Part shown: positions 57,598 to 59,008 of the stretch, piece after piece
Numbering within the stretch: position 1 is the stretch's first letter
Layout: the number at the start of each line of letters is the position of its first letter
DNA from: a virus
Virus record (IMG/VR): IMGVR_UViG_3300045988_143098
Length of the DNA stretch: 59,008 bases
Direction: 5' to 3' (one strand)
Translations under genes and position numbers: made by a program
The notes under the pieces: generated by a model
Told to the model about the DNA's origin: nothing
Database searches by the model: none
The model's input: the letters and a program-made list of their open reading frames with translations, nothing else

Positions 57598-58764
57598 ATG
57601 CCTGAGCTTCCGGAGTATATTAAAGACCTGATTGGGGAAACATTGATGCAGGTTACCGACAAACTGAACCTTGGCAACTCCATACCGAATCGTGATTCCT
57701 TGGAAAGCGAGGAATTTATGTCTAATACGATTCGACGGCATGTCCGAATCAACGGAACGACCGTATGGATTACAGCAAAGACCGAACAGGAGTACATGGA
57801 AAAAGTTGTCCGACTTAGCGGCGGGAATGTGATGCCCGTGAGTAAGCCCAAGCATCCGTTTGGCGAGTATGCGCTTACTTGGCTGAATGTGTTCTCGCGT
57901 CCAAACGTAGAGCGGGTTACATCAGTTAGTTATGAGCAGCAGCTTAAGAACTACATTCTCCCCGTCTTAGGTGAGATGAATCTGGAGGACATTACCCCTG
58001 CGGATGTGCAGAAAATCTTCAACAACATGGGTAAGCGCATGAAGCAGGAGTCCAAGAATAAAGTAAAAATCGTCCTAAATCAAATTTTCAAAATGGCGAT
58101 GAACGATGATATTATTGCGAAGAATCCTCTGGAAGCCCCCTCTATCCGAATCAAGGGTGAGAAGTCAACCCCTACAGTACCATACAGTGTAAACGAAATG
58201 CGGTATATGGCGGAACACCTGATTGATATTCAGAGTGGCATGGATAGAGCATGGCTGGCTATCTCTATCTCACTTCCGCTGCGTCCCGAAGAGGTTTTGG
58301 GGTTGACGTGGGCTGATGTCGATGAAGTCAATGGGGTTTTCCATATTAGGAATACAGTCTCACATCCCGCTCGAAATGAGCCGGAGTTCAAGACATACAC
58401 AAAGACCGCTGCGAGCATTCGAGACCTTGCTGTTTCAGAAGAACTCCTCAGCTGTCTGCCAGTTCGTGGAAAACCCAATGAATTCGTCATCGGCGGAAAG
58501 ACTCCCCTGACCTACATGCAAGTCCGGCGGATGCGGGAGCGAATTCAGCGGGATATCCAGTTTGATGGTAGTATCACACCGAGGCGATTCCGGACAACAG
58601 TAGCAACGGATATTTCAGCACAGACCCATGACCTGAAACTCGTCCAGAAAATGTTGGGACATTCCTCACCGCAGATGACCCTGAAGCACTATGATAAAGG
58701 TCGCAGCACGACGGTCGATGCGACTGACGCAATCGCTTCATGCTACGGATTAAAGCGAATGTGA
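57598..58764 (+). CDS. int: tyrosine integrase
   Basis: 388 aa; SAM-like N-domain (YEQQLKNYILPVLGEMNLEDITPADVQ); catalytic R...HDLKLVQKMLGHSSPQMTLKHYDKG. Confidence 0.95.
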   Translation: MPELPEYIKDLIGETLMQVTDKLNLGNSIPNRDSLESEEFMSNTIRRHVRINGTTVWITAKTEQEYMEKVVRLSGGNVMPVSKPKHPFGEYALTWLNVFSRPNVERVTSVSYEQQLKNYILPVLGEMNLEDITPADVQKIFNNMGKRMKQESKNKVKIVLNQIFKMAMNDDIIAKNPLEAPSIRIKGEKSTPTVPYSVNEMRYMAEHLIDIQSGMDRAWLAISISLPLRPEEVLGLTWADVDEVNGVFHIRNTVSHPARNEPEFKTYTKTAASIRDLAVSEELLSCLPVRGKPNEFVIGGKTPLTYMQVRRMRERIQRDIQFDGSITPRRFRTTVATDISAQTHDLKLVQKMLGHSSPQMTLKHYDKGRSTTVDATDAIASCYGLKRM

Positions 58765-58923
58765 GTTCTCGTCGTGCAGGCTTAGTGCAGAAGAATCCGC
58801 CTCAAACCCAGTAAAATCAAGGCTTTCCGGACTTGTTCGGTGTAGACTTGATGCAGAAAAATAGGGATGAGGTCAGGAAAAACGTCGAGGCTGCAATGTG
58901 TTCTGCTTATAAATGCAAAATCT

Positions 58924-59007
58924 GCCCCAAAACACGAAAAAAGCCCTGCAAAATGCAAGGCTTATGGAGCTGATAACCAGATTTGAACTGGTGACCTCAT
59001 CCTTACC
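58924..59007. repeat. Right copy of 84-bp terminal direct repeat (attR / attP)
   Basis: Identical to 1-84; the window ends inside the tRNA anticodon loop. Confidence 0.95.
58964..59007 (-). tRNA. 3' part of tRNA-Thr(GGU)-like gene; the 5' half, if present, lies beyond the window end
   Basis: Same sequence as 41-84; orientation places the tRNA 5' half to the right of 59007, next to int, as expected for tRNA-targeting integrases. Confidence 0.65.
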
Positions 59008-59008
59008 A

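Larger units (their letters stand above)
1..59007 (+). mobile_element. Complete temperate siphovirus-type phage genome (prophage cut att-to-att, or circular contig with 84-bp terminal overlap)
   Basis: Identical 84-bp ends; tyrosine integrase beside a tRNA-derived att core; replication, packaging, head, tail and lysis modules all present and all on the + strand. Confidence 0.9.

Noticed and set aside
1-59007. Stop-codon reassignment (TAG or TGA recoding), as in some gut phages
   Set aside because: All large genes (NrdD, replicase, RNAP, TerL, TMP) are intact under the standard code, and no suppressor tRNA is present.

Overview
The window is one complete temperate, siphovirus-type phage genome of about 58.9 kb. 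It begins and ends with an identical 84-bp direct repeat (1-84 and 58924-59007). This repeat carries the 3' part (anticodon loop to CCA, plus terminator) of a minus-strand tRNA-Thr(GGU)-like gene. It is therefore either a prophage cut att-to-att or a circular contig with a terminal overlap across attP. All ~85 credible genes lie on the + strand.

Layout:
- (i) 0.2-17.6 kb, early/accessory region: NrdD, many tiny ORFs and at least 18 membrane-anchored proteins, including a four-member 2-TM paralogue family. Also two hexapeptide beta-helix paralogues and an orphan HicB-like domain protein. Much of it is built from short promoter-ORF-terminator cassettes that use a 10-copy motif, TCGAAA-N11-TATwAT.
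- (ii) 17.6-25.1 kb, replication: a 1337-aa SF3-helicase/AEP-primase/PolB fusion, a gp2.5-like SSB, an SF2 helicase and MazG.
- (iii) 25.13-25.41 kb: GCCCACTT iteron/dyad array around an AT-rich core, followed by a canonical sigma-A promoter driving a two-gene moron.
- (iv) 26.5-30.5 kb: two nucleases and a 929-aa YonO/cellular-RdRP-like two-barrel RNA polymerase carrying HTH modules.
- (v) 30.5-57.5 kb: structured intergenic region, HNH, ThyX, TerL, three leader-tagged cargo proteins (one with a papain-like effector domain), portal, protease-capsid fusion, tail with a 2184-aa tape measure, and lysis genes.
- (vi) Tyrosine integrase next to the att core.

The candidates I rate highest for novelty are:
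- the HTH-fused single-polypeptide RNA polymerase together with the fixed-geometry promoter motif;
- the shared N-terminal HYG..W.R.YQN.DG.LT..GK.RYG leader on proteins flanking terminase and portal;
- the iteron array;
- a 41-bp exact repeat shared by nrdD and the gene upstream of the portal.

All family assignments come from motif reading by eye, not from database searches.
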